DNA of 63,469 bases, the filler included, from Collodictyon triciliatum (lineage: Eukaryota): NCBI GenBank assembly GCA_043381765.1. It is 21 parts of 21 records of this genome, joined end to end, with 100 filler letters (N's around TTAATTAATTAA, not from the genome) between each part and the next. Parts side by side here need not be neighbours in the genome. Positions count along the whole stretch, not along the records: positions 61,868 to 63,469 come from JBHJMP010007897.1; 20 more parts are not named here. One strand, 5' to 3'. The position numbers and the translations under genes are program-made. Positions within the stretch are counted from its first letter, which is position 1. Each line of letters opens with the position of its first letter. Positions 62,175-63,469 of this stretch are shown piece after piece. A model generated the notes under the pieces. It ran no database searches. It was not told the DNA's origin and saw only the letters and a list, made by a program, of their open reading frames with translations.

Positions 62175-63121
62175 GCAAAGCGAGGATCCCGCCGCGCCCC
62201 TCGCCCTGTGGCCGGACAGCGACAGCCACACCTTCGCCTTCGCCTTCGCCAGCGCCCCGGCATGGGGATCCGCCCCTCCGGACGCACTGCTCCCACCACC
62301 GCCGCCGCCGCCGAGATCAGGCACGGGCACCCACCCCCTCGCAACGACTAGTCGCCCCCCGAGCACGACTAATCGCCCCTCCGCAAACACAGCAGCGGTG
62401 ACTGCGACTGCGACTGCGACTGCGACTGCTGCTGCGCCCAAGCCCGGGGTGGACGGCAACTGGCTGTGCCCGGGCAGCGCGTGCCGCAACGTCAACTTCG
62501 CCCGCCGCAAAGAGTGCAACCGCTGCGGCCGCCCCCGCACCGCGTCGCCCCCCGCGCTGGCTGCCGCGCCGCACCCCCTTGCGCCACACTCACTCCTCCT
62601 CACCCTGTCCCAGGCGGCGTCTCTGTGGGACACGGCACCCCTCTTCCCCGACCACAGCCACAGCCACAGCCACAGCCACGGCCACGGCCACAGCACGGGG
62701 CCGTCCCCCTCCCCCTCCCTCTGGTCCGACGGGCACTCCTTCTTCTCCGCCCCCGAACCGGACGCAAACCTCTGGGCCAGCCCCTCGGCGGACTGGTGAG
62801 GACCCCTACCGCCACAACCACCGCCACAACCACAACCACGATCACAACCACCACCACACTCAGCACCCCCCTCGCAGGAACACCGGGGCGTCGCTCTCCG
62901 GGCTCTTCCAGTCCACGGCCCTGTTCTCGCTCGCCCGCCCCGCGCAGCACCCGCCGCACCCCGGGCTCTCCTCCAACAGCTCCCCGACCACCGAGTGTGA
63001 GTCCCGCCTGCAACCCCCACCCACCGGCAGCCCCCCACTCCCCCACTCACCCCCTCCCCGCACTCCCCCAGGTTTTGCCTCCGACACGCAGCAGTCCCTC
63101 TTCTTCAGCCCTCTGCCGTAG
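62175..63121 (+). CDS. RanBP2-type zinc-finger protein with low-complexity regions; partial
   Basis: DGNWLCPGSACRNVNFARRKECNRCGRPR at about 62452-62538; donor GTGAGG at 62796. Confidence 0.75.
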
Positions 63122-63378
63122 CGCAACGGCTGTCCGCGTCGCCGTCCGCTCCATCTCGCCCCCACATTTATTTGATCCGGTCCCTTCCTCTGCTGCGCAA
63201 GCGGTCGTCCTCTGTCGCAAAGGAGCTATTGGACGCACCAATCCACAGAGCCGCAAAAGGACTAGGCAGCACAAAACATTCGTGAATCAGGAGACAACTA
63301 CGGAGACAGCCAAACGGGAAGAAACGGAGGCCGACCGATTCGCTGCGTCCTTACATTCTGGTCTTTTCATATATGGTT

Positions 63379-63422
<44 letters not shown>

Positions 63423-63469
63423 CATTTTTTTTTTGTTTTTTTTTTCTTTTTTTTCTTACTATTCTTTGT

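Noticed and set aside
62321-62392. GC-AG intron upstream of the zinc finger
   Set aside because: 72 nt, in frame and stop-free, so no splice is required.

Overview
Eukaryotic (probably flagellated-protist) DNA in the standard genetic code with GT-AG introns. The window is not contiguous: it is 21 small contigs (mostly about 3.08 kb, roughly size-sorted) joined by 20 artificial 100-nt linkers (44 N + TTAATTAATTAA + 44 N), and most contigs break at microsatellites, so neighbours across linkers mean nothing. Host genes, mostly partial: FYRN/FYRC protein, secreted EEP nuclease, SRSF7/RSZ-type splicing factor, PPP4R4-like, LRR/coiled-coil protein, C2orf68-like, CDC7-like kinase, tRNA-Ala(UGC), INPP5E-like, TTLL3/8-like glycylase, PIG-V, VPS10, TKL kinase, GRWD1/RRB1, eIF5A, a RanBP2 zinc-finger protein and several intronless membrane/surface proteins. 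Mobile DNA: decayed L1/Tx1-like LINE fragments and a decayed full-length Fanzor1 (eukaryotic TnpB-family RNA-guided nuclease) followed by four back-to-back hairpins that look like its omegaRNA scaffold. Also notable are two WD40 genes that look like cell-surface, N-glycosylated beta-propellers with variable top-face residues. All family calls come from motif recognition by eye; no database search was run.
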